Part shown: positions 30,666-39,432 of the stretch, in pieces | Position numbering within the stretch: position 1 is the stretch's first letter | How the letters are laid out: each line of letters begins with the position of its first letter | Origin: Verrucomicrobiota bacterium | GTDB lineage: Bacteria > Verrucomicrobiota > Verrucomicrobiia > Limisphaerales > UBA1096 | Direction of reading: 5' to 3' | Length of the DNA stretch: 64,000 bases | NCBI GenBank assembly: GCA_014382705.1 | Contig: JACNJE010000080.1 | Coordinates: 4,000-67,999, forward strand | The notes under the pieces: model-generated | What the model saw: only the letters and a program-made list of their open reading frames with translations | What the model was told of the DNA's origin: nothing | Databases searched by the model: none | Made by a program: the position numbers and the translations under genes

Positions 30666-30717
30666 GATGATCGGCCGCCGATTGTGCCCCAGCGCTTGGC
30701 CAAGGCAAGCCACTTAA

Positions 30718-30745
30718 GTGAGCAGCTCACTGCTCACCGCTCACC
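30718..30745. repeat. Heptamer micro-array (GCTCACN)x3 with hairpin, overlapping xylB stop
   Basis: gctcact gctcacc gctcacc; gtgagcag/ctgctcac stem; reverse-complement match at 49167-49181. Confidence 0.6.
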
Positions 30746-32259
30746 AATGCCCTGTGCCGGGCGAACGGTTTGCGGAGAGTCTTGGAAAGTTCATCCTGCA
30801 GGGCCTGCACTTCGCGGTATACGGTGACGTTGTCGGCGATCGGTTCGGCGGTTTGGCGTGCGTTCAATTTCACGAATCGGTCGGTGATTTCCTCAATGCT
30901 CACGTTGTCGCCCTGATGGTTGCGAAGACACCACAACGCCTGCAGCGCCGCGCCGTACGCCGCGCCCTCGCCAACCTTGAGCGTGACCACCGGCGCGTTG
31001 AACACGTCGGCCATGATCTGCCGCCAAAGTTTGGAGTTGGCCCCGCCGCCGGTGGCGCGGATTTGTGTTGGTTTGACGCCGAGTTTCTCGAGTCTGCGCA
31101 GGCCGTAGTTCATGCCCAGCGTGACGCCTTCCATCGTCGCACGCGCAAAATGTTTTTCGGTGAAGGTCCCGGCTCGAACGCCGAAGTAAACGCCGGTGCC
31201 ATCCGGCACGTTGGGCGTGCGTTCGCCCTCGAGGTACGGCAGCAGCAGCAAGCCGTCGGAACCGGCGGGAGCCTTGCGTGCGGCGGCTTCGTACTGGGCG
31301 TGCGTCCATTTGAAATCGTTGCGAATCAGCTCTGTGGCCACGGTCACGTTCATTGTGCAGAGCAGCGGCAGCCAACGGTTGGTCGAGTCGCAGAATGCCG
31401 CAATCTCGCCTTTCGGATCGACCACCGGGTTGCCGGCGCAGGCGTAGATCGTGCCGCTCGTGCCGAAGCTCGCCGTGACGACTCCCGGGCGGGTGTTGCC
31501 GGTGCCGATCGCACCCATCATGTTGTCCCCGCCCCCGGCACTGACCACCACGTCGGTGTTCAGGCCCAAGCGCTTGGCCGTCGAAGCCTGCAGCGTGCCG
31601 ACCGGTTGATCGCTGGAAATGAGCTTCGGCAGCTTGGCCTCCAGCCCAGCGTCGATTGCCTTCAGCGTTTTCTTCGACCACTTGCGCGTGCGGACGTTGA
31701 GCAGTGCCGTGCCGCTGGCATCGCCATACTCCATCACGGCGTTGCCGGTGAGCCAAAAGTTTAGGTAATCATGCGGCAAAAGTACGGTGGCCAAGCGTTT
31801 GAAGTTTCTGGGCTCATGCTTTTTCAGCCAAAGAATTTTACCGGCGGTGAATCCGGGCAACACCGCGTTGCCGAGCTCCTTGATCGAGCCATTGAGTCCA
31901 CCGAGCTTGGCCATGATCTCGTCGCACTCGGCGGCGGTCGAGGTGTCGCACCACAGCTTGGCCGGGCGGATGACCTGCCCCTTTTTATCGAGCGGCACGA
32001 AGCCGTGTTGCTGGCCGCTGACTCCGATCGCACGCACCTCGCCCGCCGTGGCTTTGGCCTGCTTGAGCGCGGCGCGGATGCTCCCTTGGGTGGCATCGAT
32101 CCAATCGGCCGGATGCTGCTCCTTGGCTCCGGCAGGCAGACCGTCGATGAGGCCGTATGCCTTGGCACCTTCGCCGAGCACCTTGCCGTTTTTCGCATCC
32201 ACCACCAACGCCTTGGTGGACTGCGTGCCGCTATCGATGCCGATAATTAATTCCCTCAT
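30727..32259 (-). CDS. xylB: Xylulokinase (FGGY family)
   Basis: IGIDSGTQSTK, IGVSGQQHG, LWCDT, GGGDNMMGAIG, PYLEGERTP, TGGGANS. Confidence 0.92.
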   Translation of the reverse strand: MRELIIGIDSGTQSTKALVVDAKNGKVLGEGAKAYGLIDGLPAGAKEQHPADWIDATQGSIRAALKQAKATAGEVRAIGVSGQQHGFVPLDKKGQVIRPAKLWCDTSTAAECDEIMAKLGGLNGSIKELGNAVLPGFTAGKILWLKKHEPRNFKRLATVLLPHDYLNFWLTGNAVMEYGDASGTALLNVRTRKWSKKTLKAIDAGLEAKLPKLISSDQPVGTLQASTAKRLGLNTDVVVSAGGGDNMMGAIGTGNTRPGVVTASFGTSGTIYACAGNPVVDPKGEIAAFCDSTNRWLPLLCTMNVTVATELIRNDFKWTHAQYEAAARKAPAGSDGLLLLPYLEGERTPNVPDGTGVYFGVRAGTFTEKHFARATMEGVTLGMNYGLRRLEKLGVKPTQIRATGGGANSKLWRQIMADVFNAPVVTLKVGEGAAYGAALQALWCLRNHQGDNVSIEEITDRFVKLNARQTAEPIADNVTVYREVQALQDELSKTLRKPFARHRALVSGEQ

Positions 32260-32344
32260 GCTGTCGCGAGTAATTGCGGCAAACGAAATACCACACAGAG
32301 TGGGTAGAGCCAATACCGGAGGTGGTCTGGCACTTGGCCAAGCG

Positions 32345-33328
32345 TTACTTTGGCCGGGCGGTTTCGATTTCGTCGTTGAGGGCGGCGAGGTCGAGGAACA
32401 GTTTTTCGAGGTCGCGGTAGTAAAGCTCGGCGTCGACGGTTTTCTTGAGCGAGCGCAGCGTCTCGATCTTGGCCTCGGCAGCGAGCCGTTTTTTGCGGAG
32501 CGGAGCGGGGATGTCTTTTTCCGCCGGGGGGATCACGGGGAAAACCAAGCGCGACAACCTGCCGTCGGCGCTGCTTTTGCCCTTGGCTTTTTTGTCGGCG
32601 CGCACGCCCCGGAACCAGTCGGCCGGCGTGCCCATGCCGTCGCCGTTGTCGTCGAGCAGCGCGTTCTCGGAAACCAACCGATCGTTCTCCCGGTAATACT
32701 CACCGGCCTGCCGCGAGGCGATGAGGAACGCCTCGAGCACCGACACCGCGCCGTCCTTGTCGAGGTCGGCTCCCGCCTGGCCAAGCGCGGCCGCCATGTA
32801 GCCGCCGAACCGGCAGAAGTTCTGCTCGTAGCCGCTCTTGGTCGCGGTGGCGACAACGCGGTTCGGGCCGGAAAGTGTCCGGATGAACGGCGCACTGCAG
32901 GAGCTGGTGTTGATGAACACAAGCGGCCCGCGATGCGGCTTGAGCCAGTGCTGAAATTCCGTGTCCGAGACGTCGTTGCCGACGAGGTTGAACTTGGCCG
33001 CCTTGCCGTCAAACGTGCCGTGGCCAACAAGCAGAATCCAAATTTCGCCGTCCGGATTCTCGACCCATTTTTTCAGCGTGGTCTCGACCGTTTTTCGTGC
33101 GCCGATGTTTTCCGGCTTGTTGGTGATTTGCACCAACTCAGCGGCGTTGCCGTCAAACGCCTTGGCCAAGTCCACCGCCCACTCGGCGAACAACTCGGTG
33201 TACTCCGCCTCGCCGCCGGCCCCGGCAATGATCATTACGCGGCGCTCGGCGGCGGCGTTGAACAACGCCCCCTCCGCAACCGGCTTGGCCAAGGGCAACA
33301 GCAGCAGGCTCAGCAAAAAAAATCTCAT
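32345..33328 (-). CDS. Secreted hypothetical protein (caspase/C13-like fold possible), last gene of MoxR operon
   Basis: Signal peptide; LVGHG, NTSSCS, ADLDKDGAVSVLEAF; overlaps upstream gene by 4 nt. Confidence 0.75.
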   Translation of the reverse strand: MRFFLLSLLLLPLAKPVAEGALFNAAAERRVMIIAGAGGEAEYTELFAEWAVDLAKAFDGNAAELVQITNKPENIGARKTVETTLKKWVENPDGEIWILLVGHGTFDGKAAKFNLVGNDVSDTEFQHWLKPHRGPLVFINTSSCSAPFIRTLSGPNRVVATATKSGYEQNFCRFGGYMAAALGQAGADLDKDGAVSVLEAFLIASRQAGEYYRENDRLVSENALLDDNGDGMGTPADWFRGVRADKKAKGKSSADGRLSRLVFPVIPPAEKDIPAPLRKKRLAAEAKIETLRSLKKTVDAELYYRDLEKLFLDLAALNDEIETARPK

Positions 33329-35664
33329 GGCAGCCAATGCCTCCTTCGCAGCCACCACTCGGTGACGAGCAGCAGCAGCGCGGCGGCGAACATCCACGGC
33401 AGATGCCACAGGGTGGTTGGGACCGACTGCATCACGTCCGCCTTTTTCATCGGCAACTCTTTCGCCCAGTCAGCCAAGTCGCCGACGGCGAGCAGTTGGC
33501 CGCCGGTGCGCTTGGCCAACTTCTCCATCAGCGTTACGTTGGGCTGGAGCGAGCGAAACTCATCCGCTGCCGGGTTGCTGGCCCAGCCGGTCTCGACTTC
33601 GCCGATCATCTTGCCTTCCTCATCCCGCACCTTGGCCCGGGCAACGTAGCCGCCCTCTTCGCCCGGCTTGTACGACGACTCGAACACGCCGATCTCGGTG
33701 CCGACCGGCTTCGCCAAGTCGATCGCCTTTGACTCGTCGCCGGCCGGCAACACGCTTAACTCGACGTTGGCGTACCCAAGCGGCTTGAACTCCCCGTCCT
33801 TCGCCTTGACGGTCAGTTTCCGACGCGCACCGGATTCGGGCTCGGAGGTGAGTTGCACGCGGTTGGGCACCTCGGCCACGAGCCAGCGGATGATCTGGCG
33901 CCAGGCGCGCGGGAGATCGTCGCGCTTGCCGTCGCCGGCCATCTGCCAGCGCCACATGTCGCCGACGAGCAGTGCCGCCGACTTGCCGTGGCCGTATCGC
34001 TGGACGACGAGCGCCGGGAGCTTGTTGCCGTTCCCGTCGAGCATCGACGCCATCACGGTGGCGCCGGGCTTGATACGGTCGACCTGGTTGAGCACGCGAA
34101 ACCGGGGCATGTCCTCGAGGCGGTCCTCCTCGTCCGCCTCCGTCTTGCGAAGGCGCATCCATTTGCTGAGCCGGCCCTCGCGCTCCAGTTTGTATTCCAG
34201 GTTGTCCACCGGCGTGACCGCGCCGCGGCGCTGCAGATAGACCGGCAGCAGCTCGGCGATGGGCGTGTTTTCGTAGCCGCCCTGCGTGAACGATTCCTGG
34301 CCGCCGAGCATCATGAACCCGCCGCCGCGCTCGGACACATGGCGGCGGATCAACTCGCGCTGGTGCGGCATGAAGAACGCCGACTCGAGGTCGTCCAGAA
34401 TGATTGCGTGATAGCCGAACAGCTCGGCGGCGCTCTTCGGGAATTCGTCCTTCAACTCCTCCTCGTCCTTGACGTTGAGCCGCTTGAGGATCGGCTTGTC
34501 GTAGCGTTCCTCCTCGTCGTCGCCCCCGAAGCCCTTGAACAGCGGGTTGCTGCTTTCGCCCCCGCGGCCGAGAAACACGAACTTGGGCTCGCGCTTGGCA
34601 ATGCGGATCAGGCCGACGAGGTCGACCTGCGGATCGTCATCGAGCGCCCGCTTGAGGAACTTGTATTCCCAGTTCGGCCGACCGGCGACGTAAAGGATGC
34701 GGTACGGCTCCCTGCGCCGCTCGACCGCGACAATGCGGCGGTTGTTGGCCATCGTCGCCTCCTCTTCCACGGGCTGGCCGTCCGGCGATTTCGCCTGGCT
34801 CGCTTCGACCGTGTAAAACGACACGCCCACTGCCTCCGGTTTCACTTCAAACTTGATGTTGTTCGCCTGGGCGGCCACGGGGGACTGGGTTTCGATCAGC
34901 ACGCCGTCCGGGTCGAGCAGCCGAATCTCGATTGGGTCGGTGGGACGAAAGCCGGTGACCTCGAGATCGCAATGGATCGATACCGGCGCATCCTCGAACG
35001 GCGACGTCACCTGCACCAAATTGGTGATCGAGATGTCCTTGATGGCGGAGGGCTTGCCCATGACAACCGGGTAGATCGGCGGCAGCGTGCCAAGGCCGTC
35101 TTCGAGGCTCTCGAGTTGACGCTCGTCGGTGGCGTTGCCGTCGCTAAACAACAGGATGCCGGCGAGCGGTTGGCCGCTGAAACGCTGGCCCAGTTCGCGA
35201 GCCGATCCGATGAGTGAACTGGCGCGGCCCTTGAAATCGAGCGAGGTGAAGTCATCGGTCCAGCGCCGCCGTGTATCAAACATGTAACGCTTGATCACGA
35301 AATTCTCGTCAAGCGCCTCCTGCCAGCCACCCGGTTCCGGCTTGAGCGCCTTGGCCATCTCCTCCGCGCGGGAAGTCGTGCTTCCGGCATCCCGGATGGT
35401 CATCCCCTGGCTGTTGTCAGCCATCACGGCGATGATGTTCGCTTTCGGCGTGGCCTCCTCCCGCACCCACTGCGGCTCCAGCAGGCAAAAGCAGAGCAGT
35501 GCGATGCCCAGCGTCTTAAGTGTGATGCCTGCAAGCTTCAGCCGCATCGGCAGGCGCGTTCGACGGTAGCCCCAAAGCGAAACAAGGATCACCAACGCCG
35601 CCACCCCCAGTGCAACCGGCAACAAGTCGCGACTCAGGAAATCGATGGAACCGTATTCAGACAT
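33325..35664 (-). CDS. Membrane protein with vWA-like and glutamine-amidotransferase-like domains
   Basis: N-terminal TMs; DNSQGM, LFSDG, GGGFMMLGG..SF, QRYGHGK; C-terminal EWWLRRR. Confidence 0.82.
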   Translation of the reverse strand: MSEYGSIDFLSRDLLPVALGVAALVILVSLWGYRRTRLPMRLKLAGITLKTLGIALLCFCLLEPQWVREEATPKANIIAVMADNSQGMTIRDAGSTTSRAEEMAKALKPEPGGWQEALDENFVIKRYMFDTRRRWTDDFTSLDFKGRASSLIGSARELGQRFSGQPLAGILLFSDGNATDERQLESLEDGLGTLPPIYPVVMGKPSAIKDISITNLVQVTSPFEDAPVSIHCDLEVTGFRPTDPIEIRLLDPDGVLIETQSPVAAQANNIKFEVKPEAVGVSFYTVEASQAKSPDGQPVEEEATMANNRRIVAVERRREPYRILYVAGRPNWEYKFLKRALDDDPQVDLVGLIRIAKREPKFVFLGRGGESSNPLFKGFGGDDEEERYDKPILKRLNVKDEEELKDEFPKSAAELFGYHAIILDDLESAFFMPHQRELIRRHVSERGGGFMMLGGQESFTQGGYENTPIAELLPVYLQRRGAVTPVDNLEYKLEREGRLSKWMRLRKTEADEEDRLEDMPRFRVLNQVDRIKPGATVMASMLDGNGNKLPALVVQRYGHGKSAALLVGDMWRWQMAGDGKRDDLPRAWRQIIRWLVAEVPNRVQLTSEPESGARRKLTVKAKDGEFKPLGYANVELSVLPAGDESKAIDLAKPVGTEIGVFESSYKPGEEGGYVARAKVRDEEGKMIGEVETGWASNPAADEFRSLQPNVTLMEKLAKRTGGQLLAVGDLADWAKELPMKKADVMQSVPTTLWHLPWMFAAALLLLVTEWWLRRRHWLP

Positions 35665-35687
35665 TATCGTTGCAGCTGCGGCCACCC

Positions 35688-35715
35688 ATACGTCCTATAG
35701 GACTTATACGACCTA
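35688..35715. repeat. 9-bp-period micro-array containing palindrome GTCCTATAGGAC
   Basis: atacgtcct ataggactt atacgacct; overlaps the stop codon at 35713-35715. Confidence 0.5.
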
Positions 35716-38700
35716 TTCATCGCTTTTCTCGCTGCGGCCGCCGAGGCGCTCGTAGTAGCGGCGGACCAACTCGGAGTATTGGGCCGGCACCGGCTCGTGA
35801 TCGACGGGCACCAGTTCGCGCTTGGGCTGTCGCAGGGACAACTCCTGCTCGAGCCGCTTGTTGATCTCGGTCATCGGGCGGAGTACCTGCATGTCCACCA
35901 AGTCCCACTTGGGCGGTTTGCCGTTTTCCTTGTTTTCGCGGCGGATGTCGCGGGCACTTTGGCGCACCTCGGAGACTTGGTTGCGCAGCTCGGGAATCTC
36001 GATCACTTCCTCGACCTCGCGGAGCCGGTTCTCCCAGTCTCGGTAGTCGAGGCCGGTCAGCGGCCCGTCCAAATCCAGATTGTCCAAGTCCCGAAACCGG
36101 TCGGAACCGCCGCCGCCCCCGGCGTTGTTGCGGTTGCCATCCGGACGGCGGTTGGACAGGTCGTTCGGGTTGCGCGGTTGGCCTCCCTGGCCCTGGGCGG
36201 TTTGCGGCTCCTCCGGGTTGTTCGGACGGCCCTGGCCCTGGCCGGGTTGCTCCTGCGGTTCCTCCCGCGCTTGGCCACTGCCGCTTGGCGGCTGGTTTTC
36301 GCTGTCCTGTGGGCGTTGCCCTTGGCCAAGCGGGTTCGGCTCGCCGTCTTCCTGCCGCCCCGGGCGGTTGTTCATGGCCTGTTCCATTTCGCGCTCAACC
36401 TCCTCGCGCAAGGCGTCGAGCTGGTCGGCGGCAAAGCGCATGGCGTCCTCGTCGCTGCCGATGATTTTCTCGGCGGCATCCTCCACGGTACCGCGCAACT
36501 CGGAGATGTTCTCGGTCAGTTCGCGCTGTAAGTCGCTGGTTCTGTTTGAAAGGTTGTTGCGCATCCGGTTTGAAAGTTCGTCAAACGCCTCACCCATGGA
36601 TAAGTTCTCATTTGAGAGTTCGTCATCCACTGTTATTTTTTCCTGCCGGGCACGTCGAACACCCTCCTCCAGTTCCTGCGAAAGCAATTTCTCCGACTCC
36701 TCGGCCTCGCGGGAAACCTGCTCCATCTGCTGCAGCAAATCCTCGAACTGCTCCTTCTGGGACTCGGCCATGTCGAGCGCCTGCTTGAGTTCGCCCTCAT
36801 CGCTCAGGGAGCGGAAAGTTTCCTGCCGGTCCGCATCGATGGCCCGGTTCAACTCGTCCTGTGACCGGTCGAGTTCGCGCGCGTCCTGGCGCATCTCGCG
36901 CATGGCTTCGGCAAACTCGCTGGCGGTTTGTTCCCGGTAATCCTCCCGGACATCGTCGAGGTTCCGACTGGCGCGTGAGCCGGAGTTGGCGGCCTGCGAA
37001 AGCTCCTCCCGCTGGAGGTTGCGGGCGGTCTCCTCCATCTGCTCGCGGGCCTCCTCGAGTTGGCGGCGCGACTCGGCCAGCTCGTCGTTCTGGCTGCGAT
37101 CCATCCGTTGCTGGACATCGTCGAGATCGTCGATCAGCTCGCGCTGTTCCTCCTGCAGGCGCTTGAGTTCGCGCTCGATCCGTTCGCGCTCGGCGTCGTC
37201 CTTGGCGTCGAGCAGGGCGATCTGCAGTTCCTGCACCCGATCATTCAAATCCGACTGCCGCCGGGCCAGCTCCTTGAGTCGGTTGAGCGTCTGCAACTGC
37301 TCGGCGCGTTCACCCTGCTGCTGGGCCTGTTGCTGCTGCCGCTCGGCCTTGCTCTCCAGTTCGTAGTTGTTGCGCGAGTCCTGCATCTCGAGCTGGTCAA
37401 GCTGGCGCTGGGCGCGGTTGCTGTTGCCGCGGCCCTGCTGCTGCTGGCGTTGTTGCTGGGCCTGCTGGCGGGAAATGCGAAACTCATTCTCGCGCAGTTT
37501 CTGCAAATGCTGCAGCGCCGTCTGCTCCTCCATGATCGCGTCGGAGAGCGCTTGGCCAAGCGCATCGCCACTGGCGTCCTGGGCCTTGGCCAAGCGGTCG
37601 GCGGCGGCCTGCATCGCCTCGTTGGCCTGGTACGCCTGGCCGCCGGACTCGGAGTCCTGCAGCAACGCCGACGCCTGCTCGAGCAGGCCGATCAACTCTT
37701 CCTGCGAATCGAATACGACCCCGATGTCGTCGCCAAGTTTTTCATCGGTCACGTCGCGGCGCTTGAGATTCCACGTGGCGCTGATGATGTCCTTCTGCGT
37801 GTCGAGCAGGTTGGCGATGGACTGCTGCTGTTCGCCGCCCTGCTCGCCGCCCTCGCCCTGCTGCTGTTGCTGCTGGCGCATGCCCTCGGTGGCAGAACGG
37901 TTTTGTCGGAAGATTTCCTCGAACGGCCGCACGGTGGCGAAGAACAAATCGCTGAATCCCCGGCGCAGCCCACCCTCCCGGTCACGGTCGTCGGCCCACA
38001 GGAAATAACTCACCACCTGCCCCACCTCGACACCCAAATCCTCCATCCGCAGCACGTGGGCGACGGCAAGCTTGTTGGTGGCCAGACCGCCGGCGCCCAG
38101 CGAAATGTAGTGTGGCTCCTCGCCGGCCAACTGGTAGCCGACACCGGCATCGGCCAGCCCGAAGTCGTCCCGAGCCACGCCCTGCAGCCGCATCTCCTCG
38201 ATCGACGACACCTCCGTGTCGCCGGCCGGCGCCTCGAACTTGAGCGCCGGGGCGGCGTTCTCGAGCACCGTGAACACGTACCGGGCCGGGAATTCGTTGA
38301 TCCGTCCCTCCGCATCCTCAAGGTGCAGCTCGTAGCGGAACTCACCCGGCTGTTCGAATTCGCGCAGAATCTGAAACTGCGGACTGCCGTCGGCGAGTTG
38401 CTTCAACTGGATGTCATCGCCCTCGCCGTCGCGGACCTTGAGCACGGCCGACTTGAGCGGCTTGTTGAACTGGAAATTGAATGTCAGCCCGGTGCCCTCG
38501 ACGGCGGTCAGGCGGCGGGTGTTGGGGATGACCTTGTCATCTCGCCCGGTGAACTCGGGATAGTCGAGCCGGGCCTCGGACGACTTGAGCTCCGGATACT
38601 CAAACACCGACAGCCGGTACCGCTCACCCTGTTGCCCGTCGTAAACCCAATCCCCCCTGTTGTTCTCCTTAAACTGTCCGTCGTAAACCACCCTGTACAC

Positions 38701-39432
38701 GGCGCTCGACTGCACGTTGGCCAAGCGGTAACTGTACGTGGGGTCGTCGAGGCTTTGCTCCATCGTCATCGTGCGCTTGGCCTGCCCCGGTTCCTGCACG
38801 GTCAGCTGCACGTCGGATCGAAAGTTGTCGAACTTGGCCGAGATTATCAGGCTCGTGCCACGCTCAATCTCGATATCGCCCGGCTCCACCTCAACGCCGA
38901 CCTTGGCCAGGCGCGCCGCCGATACGTCCCCGGTTCCCGGCAACTGCAACGCCGCCAGCACAAACACCACCAGCGCCACGGCATGGAACAGGTGCGCCTG
39001 AGCCAGGCGACCGTTGGCCTCGAATTCCCATCCCTGCTTGTGGGCCGCGCCGAGCGCCTCGGTCAAGACACGCTGCTGCAGGTAGTCGAGTTGGCCGGGA
39101 TCATTTTTCGCGATCTGCTCCGAGGCGGTCTCGAGCAGCTTGTTGAGATCAGGATGATGCCGCTCAATCCTCCGGACGATCTCGGCCAGCGTCAGCCAAT
39201 CGACGAGCAGCACCTTCAGGAAAACCAGCGCCGCCAGTACAGCCCCCGCCGTCCCGATGACCGGCCAGGCGAGGCGCAGGTCCATTTCTGCCGCTTGGCC
39301 AAGCGCAATTACGCCAAGGCTGGCCAGCGCGCAAAGCCCCCAGCACACGGCCAGGCCGGTGTACAGTTTCTGCCGCCGATGCTGCCGCCGGTGGAGGATC
39401 AGGAATTCCTGGAGTGTTTTTGGCTCGTTCAT
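35713..39432 (-). CDS. DUF4175-like membrane-anchored long coiled-coil protein
   Basis: N-terminal TMs, Ig-like region with DDFGL, Q/E-rich coiled coil, C-terminal VPAQYSELVRRYYERL. Confidence 0.82.
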   Translation of the reverse strand: MNEPKTLQEFLILHRRQHRRQKLYTGLAVCWGLCALASLGVIALGQAAEMDLRLAWPVIGTAGAVLAALVFLKVLLVDWLTLAEIVRRIERHHPDLNKLLETASEQIAKNDPGQLDYLQQRVLTEALGAAHKQGWEFEANGRLAQAHLFHAVALVVFVLAALQLPGTGDVSAARLAKVGVEVEPGDIEIERGTSLIISAKFDNFRSDVQLTVQEPGQAKRTMTMEQSLDDPTYSYRLANVQSSAVYRVVYDGQFKENNRGDWVYDGQQGERYRLSVFEYPELKSSEARLDYPEFTGRDDKVIPNTRRLTAVEGTGLTFNFQFNKPLKSAVLKVRDGEGDDIQLKQLADGSPQFQILREFEQPGEFRYELHLEDAEGRINEFPARYVFTVLENAAPALKFEAPAGDTEVSSIEEMRLQGVARDDFGLADAGVGYQLAGEEPHYISLGAGGLATNKLAVAHVLRMEDLGVEVGQVVSYFLWADDRDREGGLRRGFSDLFFATVRPFEEIFRQNRSATEGMRQQQQQQGEGGEQGGEQQQSIANLLDTQKDIISATWNLKRRDVTDEKLGDDIGVVFDSQEELIGLLEQASALLQDSESGGQAYQANEAMQAAADRLAKAQDASGDALGQALSDAIMEEQTALQHLQKLRENEFRISRQQAQQQRQQQQGRGNSNRAQRQLDQLEMQDSRNNYELESKAERQQQQAQQQGERAEQLQTLNRLKELARRQSDLNDRVQELQIALLDAKDDAERERIERELKRLQEEQRELIDDLDDVQQRMDRSQNDELAESRRQLEEAREQMEETARNLQREELSQAANSGSRASRNLDDVREDYREQTASEFAEAMREMRQDARELDRSQDELNRAIDADRQETFRSLSDEGELKQALDMAESQKEQFEDLLQQMEQVSREAEESEKLLSQELEEGVRRARQEKITVDDELSNENLSMGEAFDELSNRMRNNLSNRTSDLQRELTENISELRGTVEDAAEKIIGSDEDAMRFAADQLDALREEVEREMEQAMNNRPGRQEDGEPNPLGQGQRPQDSENQPPSGSGQAREEPQEQPGQGQGRPNNPEEPQTAQGQGGQPRNPNDLSNRRPDGNRNNAGGGGGSDRFRDLDNLDLDGPLTGLDYRDWENRLREVEEVIEIPELRNQVSEVRQSARDIRRENKENGKPPKWDLVDMQVLRPMTEINKRLEQELSLRQPKRELVPVDHEPVPAQYSELVRRYYERLGGRSEKSDE

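Noticed and set aside
37300-37880. CAG/poly-Gln tracts as contingency repeats
   Set aside because: Short, mixed CAG/CAA codons within a Q-rich coiled-coil linker; ordinary for this family.
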